Positions 22,095 to 24,000 of a stretch of 24,000 nt of DNA are shown one piece after another. The stretch comes from Candidatus Hodarchaeota archaeon (GTDB taxonomy: Archaea > Asgardarchaeota > Heimdallarchaeia > Hodarchaeales > Hodarchaeaceae). The translations under genes were made by a program, and so were the position numbers. The notes beneath the pieces were generated by a model, which had not been told where the DNA came from, did not search any database, and saw nothing but the letters and a program-made list of their open reading frames with translations. Position 1 is the first letter of the stretch. Each line of letters begins with the position of its first letter. The stretch covers positions 1 through 24,000 of the forward strand of contig JBHLKC010000017.1 in NCBI GenBank assembly GCA_048887065.1. The letters are read 5' to 3'.

Positions 22095-22211
22095 GCGGGG
22101 GTTTCCCAGCCAGGTCAAAGGAGCTAGGTTGAGGTCCTAGTCGCGTAGGCGTTCGTGAGTTCAAAGTTCAGGGAAGTGTGTCTTCTCTGGAGGAAAATCT
22201 CACCCCCCGCA
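22095..22211 (+). tRNA. tRNA-Leu(GAG) with a 32-nt intron in the T-loop (position 59/60; intron 22166-22197)
   Basis: The sequence reads GCGGGGG-TT-TCCCAGCCAGGTCAAAGGAG-CTAGG-TTGAGGT-CCTAG-TCGCGTAGGCGTTC-GTGAG-TTCAAA[32 nt]T-CTCAC-CCCCCGC-A. Removing 22166-22197 restores exactly the T-arm GTGAGTTCAAATCTCAC seen in the other tRNA-Leu. The anticodon loop is uninterrupted, a class II variable arm is present, and no CCA is encoded. Confidence 0.8.
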
Positions 22212-22298
22212 CTAGTTGGACTGAAAAGGACTTAAAAACCTTATTTCCTTAAAAATTCTTATGATATCAACCCTCAAGATAGGTTTAAGGGTTCATTT

Positions 22299-23087
22299 AT
22301 GAGATTTAGCTTGGATTCATTACTCTATCGTCTTTATGAAAGGCGATTGTGGTCTCAAATCAAAGATGGCATAAAACAGGGAGTCCATCCTGAGCATGTA
22401 GCTTTAATTATGGATGGTAATAGACGTTTTGCTAGAAATAAGAATTTACCAAGCCATTTAGGACATTATTTTGGAAAAGAGAAGCTTAAACAGATATTGA
22501 ACTGGTTTTGGGATTTAGAAATCAAATATGTAACCCTATACGCATTTTCAACCGAGAATTTCGAACGAGATGAAGACGAAGTAAAGGAATTAATGCAACT
22601 TGCCGAAAAAGCATTTCGAGAAATAGTTGAACATCCTGAAATTAAGAAGCGTAATGTACAATTGAAAACAATTGGTCGAACTCATCTACTACCTCCAAAA
22701 GTTCAAGAAGCAATACGAGATGCAGAAGCAAGTACATCCTTATATGAGGATAAGGGCCCTGTATTAATTATCGCAATTGGATATGGGGGACGAGCTGAAA
22801 TGATTGATGCAATTAAATCGATTGCCAAAAAGATTGAGCGGAGAGAAATGACAGTTGAGGATATAAATGAAGTTGTTGTTCAGCGTCATCTTTATACCAA
22901 TGGTATTCCTGACCCTGATCTAATTATTCGAACTTCAGGGGAGGAACGGTTATCAGGATTTCTTACTTGGCAATCTGCTTATAGTGAACTGTACTTTGCG
23001 GATGTTTATTTTCCAAGTTTCCGAAAAATAGATCTTTGGCGTGCAATTAGGACTTATCAATCTCGTCAGCGGCGTTTCGGAAAATAG
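22299..23087 (+). CDS. uppS: Undecaprenyl/polyprenyl diphosphate synthase (cis-prenyltransferase, UppS)
   Basis: 262-aa ORF with HVALIMDGNRRFA, TLYAFSTENFERDEDEV, IRTSGEERLSGFLTWQSAYSELYF and RRFGK, which are canonical cis-IPPS motifs. Confidence 0.93.
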   Translation: MRFSLDSLLYRLYERRLWSQIKDGIKQGVHPEHVALIMDGNRRFARNKNLPSHLGHYFGKEKLKQILNWFWDLEIKYVTLYAFSTENFERDEDEVKELMQLAEKAFREIVEHPEIKKRNVQLKTIGRTHLLPPKVQEAIRDAEASTSLYEDKGPVLIIAIGYGGRAEMIDAIKSIAKKIERREMTVEDINEVVVQRHLYTNGIPDPDLIIRTSGEERLSGFLTWQSAYSELYFADVYFPSFRKIDLWRAIRTYQSRQRRFGK

Positions 23088-23151
23088 TACTTTTTATTGG
23101 ATAACAAATTCTTTCGTATTTTATCACTAATGAAATCTAATCTTTTAACGC

Positions 23152-23907
23152 TTATGTATACATTCGTCTAGAAGTAAGTTTTTCTCTATCTGTTTCTTCC
23201 ATTGGGGCTAATTGTCTTTTTATTTCCTCTTCAATCTTCCGAGCATTTTGTATCAATTCTTCTGTCCCAATTCTCGTATTTAGTAGTTCATTAAGCTTTT
23301 CTATCGCTGAAACTGCCCCTAGAGGATCAGGCTGCTCCCGTTTCGCGTACGCCAGAAGACCGACTGCAGGGAACATATTCATATCAAGATAACCCAACAT
23401 AATAGCTAGAGGCCCGGCAACAAATAAACCTGAATCCAATAAATTATTACGAACCTCTTTAGAAAATCCTTCAGGTAAATTAGCATATTCATAAAAGGCC
23501 CGACTTGGGATATATTGTAAGGGATTTTCAGATTTTTTCAGATGAATATCAACACCTCCCAGAAAATAAGCAATCTCGAAGTGTTTCAGGTTTAGAATCC
23601 ATTCCGAGAGTTTTTCTGAAAATTCAATCTGAACATGGCGATATGGTTGAAGATGAGGGACAAAAACTGCAAAATCAAGATTATCCTTTCCATAAATTTC
23701 GAAAGGTAGCCGAAGTTGATTTTCTTGAACTGAAATAAAAGGTGGAGCCCCACTTGACATAATAGTCGCGATCCGTTCCATTTTAAGATCCTGAACTAAA
23801 TGAGACACAATTATATATCCAATTTCTCCAAGTCCATGCCATCCTCCAACAAATATACTACAGTGGTCTAGAATTTCTTGTTTTTCATTGAAAATTTTGA
23901 ACTTCAA
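23152..23907 (-). CDS. PAC2-family proteasome assembly chaperone (PbaA/PbaB-like)
   Basis: 251-aa ORF with a TTG start and GGAG 9 nt upstream. The N-terminus VGGWHGLGEIGYIIVSHLVQDL fits the PAC2 G-x-G-x-(V/I)-G pattern. The extreme C-terminus ...RRMYT ends in a hydrophobic-Tyr-X (HbYX) tripeptide. Confidence 0.7.
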   Translation of the reverse strand: MKFKIFNEKQEILDHCSIFVGGWHGLGEIGYIIVSHLVQDLKMERIATIMSSGAPPFISVQENQLRLPFEIYGKDNLDFAVFVPHLQPYRHVQIEFSEKLSEWILNLKHFEIAYFLGGVDIHLKKSENPLQYIPSRAFYEYANLPEGFSKEVRNNLLDSGLFVAGPLAIMLGYLDMNMFPAVGLLAYAKREQPDPLGAVSAIEKLNELLNTRIGTEELIQNARKIEEEIKRQLAPMEETDREKLTSRRMYT

Positions 23908-24000
23908 ATCAGGAAACTCCTTACTTGTATTTTATTCCAATCTTTCATTACGTGAAATGTATCGGGCGCGACTCTGTATTTTTTTCATATGTTCAAAAGT

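Noticed and set aside
4099-22211. Two tRNA-Leu genes with identical 3' halves bracket about 18 kb. I considered them as att-like boundaries of an integrated element or genomic island.
   Set aside because: The tRNAs are in opposite orientation. No integrase, transposase or phage/plasmid gene lies between them, and the interval is full of core genes (TFB, TBP, Nop5, fibrillarin, TFS, Nnr). The identity is explained by isoacceptor paralogy.
90-23738. About 20 short ORFs (60-103 codons) in the six-frame track lie antisense to, or out of frame within, the larger genes. Examples are 90-275, 1280-1501, 1599-1808, 2252-2497, 3354-3593, 8095-8403, 9879-10079, 10850-11143, 12856-13092, 13741-13935, 14144-14341, 14410-14616, 16730-16939, 17349-17564, 18485-18679, 18701-18922, 19071-19334, 20084-20311 and 23505-23738.
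   Set aside because: Each is fully embedded in a longer ORF that has clear family motifs. Their translations are low-complexity or compositionally odd (runs of F/L/S/I, Cys-rich) and carry no recognisable motifs. They are shadow ORFs.
1-24000. Search for CRISPR arrays, IS elements, long inverted or direct repeats, and toxin-antitoxin or defence cassettes. This included treating the RHH gene as an antitoxin.
   Set aside because: No spaced repeat array, transposase or integrase motifs, or nuclease or toxin partner was seen. The RHH gene is followed by an M50 protease rather than any known toxin family. It is therefore treated as a regulator within the S2P operon.

Overview
The window is an AT-rich (by eye about one-third G+C) archaeal chromosomal segment dominated by housekeeping and information-processing genes. 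I support 29 protein-coding genes and 2 intron-containing tRNA-Leu genes. The recognisable content is listed below.
- An EndA-family tRNA-splicing endonuclease.
- A truncated ribosomal-protein operon (uL3-uL4-uL23-uL2).
- A DUF171/SPOUT methyltransferase, a 4xCBS protein and Sec61-beta.
- An archaeosortase-family membrane protein.
- A 569-aa protein with three tandem winged-helix repeats, and a small wHTH protein next to it.
- An orphan ABC ATPase.
- A divergent TFB/TBP gene pair.
- The NAD(P)HX repair enzyme Nnr.
- A membrane-integrated GT2 synthase with DxD, ED and QxxRW motifs.
- An RHH / M50 site-2 protease / membrane-anchored AN1 zinc-finger operon.
- A Nop56/58-fibrillarin operon.
- TFS and a small OB-fold-like protein.
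- An Sm-like protein co-operonic with an Rpb8/Rpo8-like subunit.
- UPP synthase.
- A PAC2/Pba-type proteasome assembly chaperone ending in an HbYX tail.

I see no CRISPR array, transposase, integrase, or recognisable defence or toxin gene. The Rpb8-like subunit, non-canonical tRNA intron and long low-complexity linkers suggest a TACK/Asgard-type lineage, but this cannot be established without a database search.

The candidates most worth follow-up are:
1. The tightly coupled RHH - minimal S2P - two-TM AN1-finger operon, a possible intramembrane-proteolysis or membrane quality-control module.
2. The 569-aa triple-winged-helix protein with no family I can name.
3. A tRNA-Leu(GAG) carrying a 32-nt intron in the T-loop (59/60) with a hand-foldable bulge-helix-bulge motif, in the same window as an EndA-like protein whose catalytic His position is Val.
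4. An Sm-like/Rpo8-like operon.

All functional calls come from motif recognition by eye; no searches were run.
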